From positions 59,306,641 through 59,370,640 of the forward strand of contig NC_068994.1 in assembly GCF_001194135.2 (NCBI RefSeq): DNA of 64,000 bases, in the 5' to 3' direction. Below are positions 50,568 through 64,000 of the stretch, in pieces. The translations under genes and the position numbers were made by a program. The notes below the pieces were generated by a model. That model made no database searches. It had not been told where the DNA came from and was given only the letters and a program-made list of their open reading frames with translations. The first letter of the stretch is position 1. Each line of letters opens with the position of its first letter. The DNA comes from Octopus bimaculoides. Lineage: Eukaryota.

Positions 50568-53500
50568 TCAATGAACTTCCGCCCTTAATGCAGAATTGTT
50601 GTTTTGATTCTGGCCTTCTTGTGTAGCACAACTTGCAACGATTGCTGCACCTTTTCCACTTCCATCATGGGACAGCATCAGACGAAACTGGAAAAGGAAA
50701 AGAAGAAAACTAGAAATAACTAAAACTCAATTTCAAAAGACATCTTAGCATCCGGATTATTCTGTCAAAAGGGTTTGCTTATTTTTAATCACATTGGTTT
50801 TGTTTTTTACAATTAATTATGCATTATTTTATAGCTTCAAGATTTCAATGATGTGATTGTTTATTTTTAGAATGATATTGCAGGGTAGGTGTGAGGGGTC
50901 AGATCTGGCCAGTTTGAACATAAAATGGTCAGAATATTTGGATTGGATATGACCAGTTTAAATGCTAAATGGTCAAGCCTTTCATTACAAAATCCACTGA
51001 CTTTATTTTGTTTAACTTTTTAAATAAAAATTTTGTAAAATAACTAATGAAGCTAATGCTTAAAACAGAATTGGTATCACAGAACCAGGAGCAGTTTCAG
51101 GTGGGTTGACAGAAAAATTTCAGTTAAATGAACTTAGAAATCTACTTACTCTAGTAAGGGGACAAAGTGCTTTAATTTTTTCTACCATTAAGTCATGAAA
51201 ATGAGGATGGAATCTGTAGAGAGAGCCATCTACAGCAACAGTAACTTCAGATCGACCCATCTTGTGAATCAAAGCAGCAGTACCTGAAACAACAACAAAA
51301 CATTGAAGTGAAAGTGAAACTTTGACCTGACAAGACTTTCCATTGCTTTCAACTGCAATACAATTACAAGACAACTTCAGCAACCAATATTACATGCAAT
51401 CTATCATATCTTTGGCTAAAATATTAGATTCTGGTTGAAACGTAAGTATTATAGCCAGGATCTGTCCCTCTTCAGTTAGTACAGACTTTATTGAGGTTTC
51501 ACTACATATTTCTTACACCGTACCTCTTATATTTCTTACACCGTACCTCTTAAGACTACACACTGCTTTACTAAATTAAATAAACACTAAACAAATTTAT
51601 ATATATTTACATCTATATGCAGCATGAGTTGAGCAAAAGATTTCAGAGATCATCTTGGGTGCTCCCTAGCCATCAGCCAATATGAAAGGAGGAAAACTCC
51701 TGCTCTTATTAAAACCCTGTTCTATGAATGGTCCTTTGGAAATGATGCTATGTTATTAAGTGTATTTAGAGCAGCAAGGTAGACCAAGCTTAATTTCTCA
51801 TTGTGCACTTGTACAGGTAATGCCAATTTGATGGAGGGATTGAGCTAATGAACATTGCATCACTATCAACAAATCATTTGTGCAGGTTGTTCTGCAAGAA
51901 GTAGCAGAATCCTCACCTGTTGGCTAAGACAGTAGAATCCACCACATATATATATATATAGATCTGGTACGGTCAGGGGCTGTACCCGGTTCTATAGTCT
52001 GTTTTGGTTTGGTTTCTATGGTTGGATGTCTTTCCCTTAATGCCAAACACTCCATAGAATATATGTATATATATAAACACATATAGAAATGGATATCCAA
52101 GAACAGTTGCTAAATCTATTGTCTCTGCTGTAGACAGACACAATCACTTATCTGAAAACATCAATCAATGAAACTGCATATAAAAGGTTTAAATATTTAA
52201 TGAAACATTCGCTTACCTGCGGCAGATAAATAGGCAGCTCGTGTGGAAATAGTTGAGCAGACATACTGAGCGATACGACAATCTTCCACCATAAAGTTTG
52301 TTAAGTTAAGATCTTGAAAGACCTGTTTAGTATTTTTGAAGCTATCATCAATATCACTGCAACACGAAGAAAAAAGTTAAATATCAAAGAAAAGAATTAT
52401 TTTAGAATGTAATAAAACTGTTAAGTAAATGGATAAAAAAATACAATTTTGATGATTCTTAAAATTTGCATGCATTTCAAGGCTTAAAACTCAAAATATT
52501 AACTACAGACAAAAACGATCTTTCTTTCTCTCTCACACACACAAATGTAACTGTCTGTGTTTCATACTTAACATATATACACCCCTGAAAGGCCTGATGC
52601 TGTGGGTTTTTATCCAAGAGGAAATCTCTAGACAAGTTGTGTTCAAAACAAGGGAGTGAGACGAACACTATTTCAGCCAGTGACTTACAAGAATGTAAGA
52701 CATGTTTCGGTCTTTTTTGGACCGTGTCAACGACAAGTATCCATTTGACACATTGCATAAATAAAATGTCTCTTCTGATTAATAGAAAATAGTGAATAAT
52801 ACATTCACTGATATTCTGGAAAGCCTGTTGGGTTGTAATAAACTCAGGGCATGCAACTGAAACAAGATTAAATTAAAACAGTTATACATGTACTGCATCT
52901 GTATAGTGTATACACACTCCTGAAAGGCATGGTGCTGTGGCTTTTGTTTGAGAAAATATATATGCATGCACATATATATAATGTATCTGGGCAATGTATT
53001 GAATGTACAACAAATGATGCAGCACCTTTGAAGTGTTCTTTCCAGAAGATACAGCTAATAATTTCAACAACTGCAATTTGGACTTTTTCTTTTTTCAAAG
53101 CTATTTTCCATCAATTTCTCTTTGCTAACAGAAAAATAAACAACAAAACCAATAAAGAAAAAAAAAAAGAGAAAAGAAATTATTGAAACCCATAGATTTT
53201 ACATTAGAAAATATGTCAAGAAATATTTTAATGTTTACCTTTCAATTTCAGAAACATATTTTGTGTAAAACCGTCCACGAGTTGATAACTCTTCTGAGCC
53301 AACGCCATTGAAAATCAGTTTATGTCTGCGTAACTTTTCAAGTATAAGACGGACAAGTTCCCCCATGTACATTCCAGATATTGTCTTCTCAAATCTGTAA
53401 AGTAAAATAAAAATATATCACACTATAAGCATCCCAATCACCTCCACCTTTATCTTCTTTCCAGTTCCTTACAAATGGGGTAACCATGGATACCCCTCTG

Positions 53501-54594
53501 TAGCAAGACACCTGTGCTTCCTCTCAATACCTGGCATAACACCCACCACCACTCACAAACACCTCTTCCCACTTATCTCCTGTCTTGCACATTACTTGGT
53601 GACCTCACTGGTGCAAGTGCACAATAAAAGCACCCAATGCACACTCTGCAAAGGGGTTGGCATTAGGAAGGGCATCCAACCATAGAAACCAAGCCAAAAC
53701 AGGTAATTGGAGCTCAATGCAGCACAACAGATTTTGTCAAACCATCCAACCCATGCCAGCATGGAAAAGGAACATTAAATGATGATGATGATGTGTGTAC
53801 ACATGCATGCACACACACACACATACAGAGAGAAGAAATCTAAGCAAATTAGGCAGAGTGAGCATTTTAGGTGCAACAGTGCTTTTCTATAAAATGGGAT
53901 CAGGTTTCCATGGCGACTTTGTGATTGTTTTACCATTCTTGCATGGAAGCATTGTTTTCGAGTCAGATACCATTCCTGTCATTAACCGTTCTGCTTCTCA
54001 AGTAGGTTTTTTTTCTTATTCTGCACCTGTTTGAAGCGTGAAGTGAGATGTAAACACACACACACACACACATTGATACATGTACAAATACACTTGCCAT
54101 GCAGTGGAACTGAACCTGGAACAACAATGTCAGGACGTAAACTTCCAAGTACCGCCTTGTCATACATTGTGTAACAAGGCAGTACTTTTGTCACATTTGT
54201 TACTGTGCCTTGCTGATTGTCTGTCTGAGAATTATAATAAAGGTAAACGTCTGTGGAATATTGAGCCACTTAGATGTTAGTTCAGGGGTAGGCAACACAG
54301 TTGACCAAGCAACTGAATCTGCATCACTGAAAGATCCATGCATGACAGGCTTCTACTCAGTTTCCATTTCTTAAATTCCACTTACAAGGCTTTGGTCTGC
54401 CTAAGGCTATAAGAGAAGATACTTGCCTAAGGAGCCATGCAGTGGGACTGAACCTAGAATAACAAGGTTGTGAAGCAAACCGCTTAAGGACAGAATAAGA
54501 CCTGCACCAAGTTGGGGAAAGGGATTTTGTTTTTAAATATGAACATTTCTTCATGACAAAATGTTGTTTGACATGTTTTATTACACATACCACC

Positions 54595-54626
<32 letters not shown>

Positions 54627-57600
54627 CAAATCTTCAGATACTTTACACAGAACTAACACTAGATGACAGAAAACAAAAACAAAAGCTAAACTATAGAGAG
54701 ATCACACACATACATACCGTTGCTTTCCTGGGTTGATGGAATGCTTGTCAACCTGCCTGTCGTAATCTGTTAGAATCTTGTCCAAACAGCCATCATCTCC
54801 AAATGCACCCCATTCTGTGTTAATTATAACCTTTTTGCAGAAAAAAAAAAAATGAAACAAAATTATATCACTTTTTGGAGAATCTGGATCCATCAGAATC
54901 ACACCATCAGGCATCATGAAACAACAGTAAAATCAAAAGGAAACCAGAGGAGGAGGAGGAGGTAGTATTACAGGGTCACAAGAGTGACATAACTCGTGGA
55001 GAACTAAAGTATAGTTCAAACTGCACTTTGGTTCCATTTCTCTCATTTTTCTTAGATATTTGAAGGCAAGAAGCTTTAAGTAGGTTTGAACCACAGAAAA
55101 GTCTAAATATGGGAGATTAACAAAAAAAAAATCCATTCTAGCTGACCATTGCTGAGGCAGACATTGTTAGTGTCTCATCAGAGCCACTGAAGTGTTTTAG
55201 TTGGGGGGGGGGGGGAGATGGAAAAAGAATTATAAGGTTACTGAAAAGTTTATAGGCACAGGTGTGGCTGTGTGGTTCAGTCTCACTGCAACGCACCTTG
55301 GGCAAGTGTCTTCTACTATAGCCTTGAGCCAACCAAAGCCTTGTGAGTGGATTTGGTAGACGGAAACTGAAAGAAGCCTGTCGTGTATATATATATATAT
55401 GTGTCTGTCCCTCATCATTACTTGGTAACAGTTGTTGGAATGTTTTCATCACTGTAACTTAGTAGTTCGGCAAAAGAGACTGACAGAATAAGTACCAGGC
55501 TTGAAGTCGCTTCCTTCAACTAAAATTCTTTGAGGTGGTGCCCCAGCACGGCCACAGTCTAATGACAGAAATAAATAAAAAAATAAAGACATGAAGAAAA
55601 GAATAAGGCAACAGTAATGCTAAGATAAAGAGAAAGCAAAATGTCCTCACTTGTTTTGGTTCGTTTTTATCTTCATTCCAAATGTCGACATTTTCCAGTC
55701 TCTCAATATAACAAGCATTAGTACCTGTACCTGAAAGAAAAATTGGAAGAAGAAACAGGTGAGAATTTGTCATTTTCACAGGTTTTTCTGTGGCAACAGA
55801 TTATATTTTGTACTATCACCCAGTCCCTGGTCCAGCAGATAATAAAAGGGCCAAATTGGCAGAATCTTGGAGACATGAATTATGCTTTTATTGTTTTAGG
55901 TGATGGCCATGGAGTTTTGAAGAGATAATCTCAACAATGTATTAGTGAAATCCAGTTGATCTTAGAAGAGTCCAAACAATTCAAATTTAATTTTTCTCAA
56001 ATAACTTTCTTTCTTTGGAAATAAAAAATGTCCGTTTTTTTTATATTGTTTATTTACACTGCCACCAAACTGCTTTCAGTAGTTTGGTCTCTCTCTCTCT
56101 CTCTCTCACATACGTGCACGTGCACACACACAACCCAGTTAGAGGAGGAAAGAGTGAAAACGTCATGACCTTTTTAATTGACCTTGAGATGGGTAGTGGG
56201 TGGTGGGTGGATAAGAAACCACATCTTTGAGGTTACTGCAGAAAGAGGCAACACATGAAGACAGTGAGTTATCCTCAAAGTGGATTCTTGTTGGTAGTGG
56301 CAGAGCAAACACCACTAAACACCATAGCCAAGAGCCCTCATTCTAGTTTAGTGACAAGGTTTTATCAACCTGAAGCTTTGGTAGAAAATACTTGTCCAAG
56401 GTGCCTTCTATTAGGATTGAACCTGGAATCACATGAGTGACAAGTGAACTTCTTAACCACATGGCCATGTATAAAAGTGATGGAGTGTTTCCCTTTCACA
56501 TCATTTTCAAAATTATAATTTATTTCAAGAAAGTTTTGCCCAAGTGTTAATCTCTGAATTAAATAAATCCCAATTTCTTCAGTTCTTTGCCGGGAGCAAG
56601 GCTCTAACACAGACAGCTTCTCTGTTAAACATATTTTGTCAGAGAATTTTAGTTAAAATGCATCAGATGAGTTAATAAAATCCTAAATGTCACATTTTAA
56701 ACTCACTTTAAGAGAAGAAACATTTTGAAAAATGTTTACGTCTACATCACATTTTTGTGATCATCATGAAGTGCCTCTTTATTCCTGAATATATAAGGAT
56801 TGTATGCATTCAATACTTATATATTGAAATCCAGATTGGAGTTCAACTGGAAACCATTATGTCTAAACTAAGGAATTTTAGAGAAGATACTGAAAACAGT
56901 AGACATGAAGCGTAGAAAAAGAAAAAAATGGGAAATCTAAAACAATTCACAAGGCTTCTTAAATGCATGAGAACATTTTTGTCTGAATTTTAACTTTTCA
57001 CAAAGTTTCTCCTCATTATATTCTGATATTTTATTTGACAAGTCTTTAATTCTAACAAATTAGAATAACAAATACCTACCTAATATAATACCAACAGAAC
57101 ACATTCGGTCACTGTGGGCGCAAGACATCAGGGCTCCAACAGTATCGTTGATCACAGCCACACATTTAATATTAAGTTGCTAAAAGATAGAAAGAAAAAT
57201 GCATATTAAACATAAAATGGCAAATTTTCAGAAAAAATATTTAAGAAACACTCAAAATATAATAGTTAAACAAACCCTATTCTCTCTCTTCGTCTCTCCA
57301 CTACCATCCTTTCACATCAATAAATCTGTTTCGTCCTTTACAAAGGATCTCTATCACTTTGCAAGCTCTGAGATGACCCCCACCCCATCACCCACCAGTG
57401 AGGGTGCCATGAAAAACTACACCCTAAATCCTCTCATCATCATCATCATCGTTGTTGTTTAAGATCCACTTCTCATGATGGCATGGGTCAGACGGTTTGA
57501 CAGGACTGGCAAGCCAGTCGTAAGTGACAAAGCCAGGGTTCTTTAGTGTTGCTGATGGCAAAATAGCCTCACCAGTGCTGGTGCCACGAAAATGTACCAG

Positions 57601-60069
57601 GTACACTCTGTAAAGTGGTTGATACTAACAAAGATATCCAGCCATAGAAACCCTGCACCAAATGAGACACAGGAGCCAGATGTAGTCCTCTGACCCACTG
57701 GACCCTGTTAAACTGTCTAAACGATGCCAATATAGGAAACAGAGACACAATATGGTGGTGGTGGCAATGAGCCACTGCAAAGCAGGAGAGGAAACTTATT
57801 CCAGCCACACAAACTGAAGCAAACGGTCGTGTGTCCTGACCCAAACACAACAAAATGCCTTTCAATATAATAAATACAAATGTAAGTTATTTTTGTTAGG
57901 AGAGGTGATAAAGTGCTCGAAATCTATAATAATATTGGTCTCAAATTTTGGCACAAGGCCAGCAATGTTAAGGGAGTGTTAAGTTGACCTCAACAGAATT
58001 TGAGCTCAGAACATAAATAGAGATAAACTACCACCAAAATGTAACCTGTTTTTGTTTGTTTGTTTTCTTAGTTTGACACTGGATCAATTTCCCAGAGTAT
58101 TTGGAAAAGTGGGTGAGTGATGTTTATCTTGAATGATTTTAGATTTAAGTAAACAGGGCAGAAGTACATTTTAGGGAAAGAAAACTAGTTTTAAAAAATC
58201 CAGAGACACTTTGGTAGGGATGACAACTAGCAAAAGAAGAAATGAAATTGAAACAACATTGAAGTTGAAATGAATAAAAGAAGTGTGTTAAGGATAGTAG
58301 AGGGTTGGTCCTTATCTTGGAGTGACTTTACCATCTCAAATGGAGAATATGTACTTTTTAAAGAGATAACAGCTAGAGAGGGTCAAGTTTATGAAAGTAT
58401 AAAGGAAATCCAACAGATATGATGCAATTTTTGGCTATGTGAAGAATGTGGGGTCATCCTTAGGGTGGAACAGGAGAATCTAGCCCTGAATGGGAAGGAA
58501 GTTTGCTTGTGTCCTTTGTTGTTCATGAGAAAAAGAATTCTGAGCTACAGTCAACCAAAGACACAATTCAAGACATTCAACTAATAATGTCATCGTCTTG
58601 TATTCTACAAGTTTTATAGAATTTAGTTCAACTCTATGAAAACTCTTCCTTAGACTAAACATCAGATGTTTTTGGTTCAAGTAGGAGTTAAGGAATTGGA
58701 CTAAATTCCATAAAACTTGTACACTACAAGAATGACATTATTAGTGGAATATCTTGAATTGGCCAAAATAGAATATGTCAAACAACATTATTATAATATC
58801 ACTGATTAATGGTAAACAGGGGATCAACTAGGGTCAAAAGGTCATCCACTGAGATGATCGCACCAATACTGATGAGGGAGCCTCTATGTGTTTGCTGAAC
58901 ATGGTAGAAATAACAGCCAAATCTCCATCAAATCACACTGTATTGTATTTTAAAATAAAAAGTAAAAAAAAAGGGACATTTTAGATAATGTGCACTAAGA
59001 CGAACTATGTTGGAAAGGACAGAATGGCTATGGTTAGAAAACCTTTACTGGGTTGAACTGGGGTCAAATGTAGAGCTGCTGGACCTGGGACTGAACAATA
59101 ACTATTGCTTCTAACAAAGCAGTTATAGGAACAAAACAACCAGGTAGTCGTATTTACTTTAGTAGCAAAGCGCTTAGGGCAAGAGAAAGAAAAGAAAAAA
59201 AGAGAGAGAAGGTGCAGAAAGGTAAATCCAAAAAATATGAACAGGTTTGTACTTCTAAGACATGTTTTGACTTGAAAAGCATAAAACATTTTCGATTAAT
59301 TCTTTCTTGTTAAAATTTAAAGTCATTTTAACTTTTTGTGCAGGACTCAATTATGAGAGAGATCCATGTGTGACTATGTAATTATGTAGGTTAGGATTAT
59401 ATATAATCTTCAACTATGTGTGTGTGTGTGTGTGTGTGTCTATAGCCATAACAATGTAGGTCAAAATTCTAATTCTTCTATACTTGTTCTTGTCAACACA
59501 TGCAACGTTGAAAAGAGTTGCTATAAATAAAACCACTCCTTCCGGGGGNNNNNNNNNNAGTTGCTATAAATAAAACCACTCCTTCCGGGGGGGGGGGGGA
59601 TGAAAAATGAATGACCTCAAAGCATTCTGTAAAGAAAGAAAAATGCAAAAAAATATAACAAGAAAGAGAGGTTAACCCAACTCCTTGGTATTTTTTGATC
59701 ATCGTTCAACGTCTGCCGTCCATGTTGGCAGTTTTCAGTCAAACCATCATGGTTTGACTGAAAACTGGTAATCCAGGGAACTGCATCAGGTTCCGATCTG
59801 ATTTGGCAAGGTTTCTATGGCTAGATGTCCTTCCTAATGCCAACCACTTCGAGAGCGTAGAGGGTGCTTTTTCAATGCCACCAGCATAGGTGCCATTGAC
59901 CTGGACTCACTTGGCTTGACAGGTCTTACACAAGCACAGTATATTGCCAAAGGTGTCGGTCACCTGTCACTGCCCCCATGAAGCCCAACACTTGAATGGT
60001 GCTTTTTTATTAGGTGCCAGTCAGATGGCACTGGCATATTCATATAAAATGTAAGGAAGGGTGTAGTGA

Positions 60070-60125
<56 letters not shown>

Positions 60126-62124
60126 ACACAGAGAGAGAGAGAGATGGAGAGAGAGAAAATATATATAATGTCCAAGGAATTGAAGTGATTAAATATTTTA
60201 AGTTGCAAAAGAAAGCCTGACACCGTTTTGTTACCATATTTCTGTTGAAATACACAGTATTTGTTTCAATTAATTTTGAAAATAACGAATAGCTTAATAA
60301 ATTTGGTAAAATTTTGATTAAAGGTTTTAATTTAGACCCCTTTAAAACAGGAAGTTTGTACCATAGAACCAGGAGGGGTGGTCACAGGTGGGTTAATATC
60401 AAAAACGAGTCTACATGAGAGGACTATTAATAATAATAATAACAATACTTACTCCTTTCCGTTTTATTGCAGCATGTAATAATTCCACAATATTTTCTCC
60501 CTCCACTCCTTCACACTTAAATCCTTTCGTCCAAGTGGTAAGAATTGCTCTATCAAGACCTTCTTGTCGACAAGGAAATGAAAATGTGAAGCCCAAAGGT
60601 AAATAATGTGTCAACAGCTGCTGCTCTTTGACAAATTTATATATACAATCTGCTATGTGATCAAAGAGCTAAAGAAAAAGAAAAGCGAAAAAGAAGTAGG
60701 TTAGCAAAGATAAGGATGAGAAGTAAGGTTGACTTCAGTGAAAATTGAACTCAAAATGCAGCAATGGGTGAAATACTGCTAAGCATTCCATCCAACGTGC
60801 TAACAAATAATAATAATAATAAAAATAATAATAATAATATTAATAATAAAAAGACATTTGTCTTCCAAATCAACAAACAGTACTTTAATTATGTACATGG
60901 CTGGGTACCACTGATGGAATCAGCCCATAGCCATCAACTCATCTGAATAATTGCAATTATTGTTAGTTATGTTTTACTGAACATGAGTGAATAAAGGAAA
61001 CAAATACACACACATGTAATAATCTGATAGCATGCTTTACAAGGCTCCTCCACAGGTATCGGCTACCATATGCTATCATACAGAAGGAATACATGCGAAA
61101 ATCTGTTGATATCTCCAGAATTCATACCAAAAAATGTAACAGGCTTTAATCCAAATCACTACAATTGTTTCTGTTCTGGTAACTGCCAAGTGTTTCACAT
61201 ACTTTACACATTATTGCATTAATATAATCCAACAACCACTGTGTACCTGCACATCTTCATGTGAGTAGCTTTGAGTTTGCTAAAAATATTCTATTTTTAG
61301 CAAACATACACACACAAACACACACACACATGCATATATCTATCAATCCTGTTGTCATAATTCAGAAAAGTAAAACTAAATTTAGCAAAAAGAAAAAGTG
61401 CCAGCTGTTTGTAAAGGGTGCATGAGAGAGAGAAGAGGCTGGGACTGACATGAAATGAAACCTCATCTAGATTATATCGATTGTGAACACATCCAACACT
61501 AACGAGGAGAAATAACGATTAAAATGACTCAACCACACAGCCATGTCTGTGCCTCGTTCAACTGAGAAGTTTGCTTCCCAACCATGAAGTTTCAGGTTTA
61601 GTTCCACTGCATAGAACCTTGAGTAAACATTTTCCACTATAGCCCTGGACTAAGACCAAAGCCTTGGGAGTGCATCTGGTGGAAGGAAACTGAAGGAAGC
61701 CCGTCGTATATTCATAGATATTAATAGGTGTTGTGTGTGCCCTCTTGCTTTCCTACCACATGATGGTCGTAGTTTCCAGTCTGCCATGAAACATGTCTGG
61801 CCACGGGGGTGGAGTTTATTACCTCCCTTGGAAACAGGTGAGGGTTGCTGACAGGAAGGGCATCCAGCTGTAGAAAAGCTGCTCCAACCAATTCCTTCCA
61901 GTCCATAAAAGCATGGAAAAGTGGACTTAAAAACAATATCAGATGAAACACAAAAAAAGAAGGGAAAAGGAAAATGTTACTTACTTCGGCTCCAGTTCCA
62001 GACATAATCTTCTGAGGAATCAGAAATATTTTACTTTCCATTTTAGTGTCTTGACCATCAAGTTTGATATGAAGTACACGGAAGTTTGTGCCACCTAAAT
62101 CCAGAGCAAGGAAATCTCCAACTT
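50568..62124 (-). CDS. HK: Hexokinase; 3' nine exons, N-terminal exon(s) not found in the window
   Basis: Exons in transcript order 62124-61985, 60668-60453, 57179-57080, 55730-55651, 54830-54718, 53394-53239, 52356-52217, 51283-51150, 50687-50568 (stop TGA). Motifs: [77 protein letters not shown]. Confidence 0.95.
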
Positions 62125-62629
62125 CTACAAAAACAAAATAAAATATAAATGTTCATTAATCAATCCTAAAATATTTACCTCGTTAGGGACATTTTAAAAT
62201 ATCTAAAATAACAAATTTTGGTGGAGGGGGGTAAGTACTTTTTTCTTTTAATTAATTGCCATGGCAATTTTTAATAAACCTGTTACATAAGAACCATACC
62301 AACATATAAATATTCTTTTCTATTCTAGGCACAAGGTGGGAAGGGGGGGAGCAGTCAATTAGATTGACCCCAGTATGCAACTGGTACTTCCTTTATAGAC
62401 CCCGAAAGGATGAAAGGCAAAGTCAATCTCAGTGGAATTTGAACTCAGGACGTGAAGACAGACAAAATACCGCTCAGCATTCCACCTGGCGTCCGAACGA
62501 TTTCTGCCAGCCTGCTGCCTTCCCAACGTATAAATATTAACTCATCAATGACAGTTACTGGAAAAGCAACATCAAGAAGAATATAAATGCTGACAAAGGT
62601 TGGGAAATCAAAGCCAAGGTATTGTGACA

Positions 62630-63050
62630 TTATCATCATCGTCGTCGTCGTCGTTTAATGTCTGCTTTCCATGCTAGCATGGGTTGTACAGGACATTTTC
62701 TCTTGTCATATCAAGTGATGTCTTTCTCACAGCATTTCTGCTTTTAAGAAATCTAAATTTATTTTCCCAGTCTTTTCCAACCCCTCCTAGTCTTGGACTT
62801 TCTTTCTGACCCTGCTCGCAACCAATCTATGTAATCTCTATTCAAGTGTTCGAGTGGGCTACATAATTCTGGCAATGCCCATCTCCCCNNNNNNNNNNCT
62901 CAGATATGGAGTCAATGGTTCTCATCAAACCCATTTGACAAGTTGTTGCTTTCTCCCAATCCTGCTCAGGTGTCCTCCTCGCGCATTCCTTCCAATGAAC
63001 AAGCTCAGTAGTAGGAGGGGGGGGGGGGAGTTTGGCCCTTCAGCATTCAG
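62630..63050 (-). mobile_element. Decayed RTE LINE 3' end with terminal aacccatgctagcatggaaagcagacattaaacgacga...gatgat tail
   Basis: Tail essentially the same as the last ~50 nt of SINE family A; upstream sequence is weakly RTE-like and interrupted by a gap. Confidence 0.45.
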
Positions 63051-64000
63051 ACTGATTTGAATTAGTCATGCATTACACTGTAACTGAGATTTCAATGATG
63101 TGATTGTTCATCATTAGAATAATATTGAAGGGGAAGTGTGACAGGTTTAAATGCTAAAGGGTTAGTAGTAAATGCATCAACCATGGGCAGGTAGTGCCTG
63201 ATTATGTGGTTACCAATAGCAAATAACCAGGGATGGAATCTGTTTCTAGGAGGTTGAGTAACACTGAAGAGATTCTCTCACTGAGTCGTTAGTTTGCCTT
63301 TAGCCAGAACATGTATATAAAATATATATGTAACATATATAACATAAGTACAATATAATACAGATTACGCATTGGTCTACATGTATATAGTATATATGAT
63401 TGAAAAATATAAACTAGAGAGAGGCGAAAGAACTACAAACAGGGTGTATTAGTTTGAGGCTCAGGAAAAATAGTGTCTGTTATATGTGTATGATGTATAA
63501 TACAAGATAGATTACAGATACAACAAAATGTACAATAGAGAAATTAGAACAGGTACGTTAGACATATAAACCCTAGCTTAGTCTGTTGATGCCATCACAA
63601 CATACGACCACATATAACAACAAAAAATTCTATAGTAATATCTAATGAGAAATTAAATATGTAACATCCATGAACCATTATAGCTCAAGTTGAAATGTTG
63701 ATATGAATTAAGATAGTTAAACGAGGATAGCTCGGCGAGGAAATGAAGGAGAGAGAAAGATTAATGTAACAACAGAGAAAATATATTTTTACTAGGACAG
63801 ATAAACATGTCATCAATTGGGAAAAGAAAAATTCATTAAACTAGAACCTGGTTGTGTTCTTGGTTAACTTGTTTAAAAAGAAAAATTGTTACATCTACAA
63901 CAAATATCCATATGTATGACTTGAATGGTTGATGGAACATGTTCAATGACTGTCACAAAGATTAGTCACACCAACTTGCAATTGTCATTAATGGCAAACA

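Noticed and set aside
59518-59590. Direct repeat of about 30 bp (gttgctataaataaaaccactccttccgggg) on both sides of a 10-N gap
   Set aside because: Overlapping contig ends at a poly-G run; an assembly artefact, not a biological repeat.
62125-64000. Upstream hexokinase exon (expected KMLPT-type motif)
   Set aside because: Not found on the minus strand; it most likely lies beyond the window end.

Overview
AT-rich, repeat-dense animal genomic DNA; the SINE/LINE families and microsatellite load are most consistent with a cephalopod (Octopus-like) assembly, which is an inference. Five spliced or intronless protein-coding genes were reconstructed by hand with GT-AG junctions and consistent codon phase. 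(1) The 3' part of a clan-3 cytochrome P450 (+, 519-7162). (2) A complete C2orf42 homologue (-, 9177-17761, 8 coding exons, 593 aa). (3) An intronless-CDS GLUT8/Tret1-like sugar transporter (+, 25025-26404). (4) A complete GH79 heparanase (+, 33937-45723, 10 exons, 497 aa). (5) The 3' nine exons of a hexokinase (-, 50568-62124). Introns and spacers hold three abundant SINE families, RTE and R4/Dong-type LINE fragments, Helitron remnants, a piggyBac-type MITE, a Merlin-like MITE carrying telomere-type repeats, and a Penelope-type hammerhead-like motif. Repeat boundaries are approximate. Best leads: a heparanase lacking most of the proteolytic activation linker, a probable sugar-transporter retrogene with a substituted conserved Trp, the transporter-heparanase-hexokinase neighbourhood, inverted SINEs bracketing the exon pair that carries the heparanase nucleophile, and a nested retro-insertion in a SINE tRNA head. 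No prokaryotic-type system (CRISPR, operon) is present.
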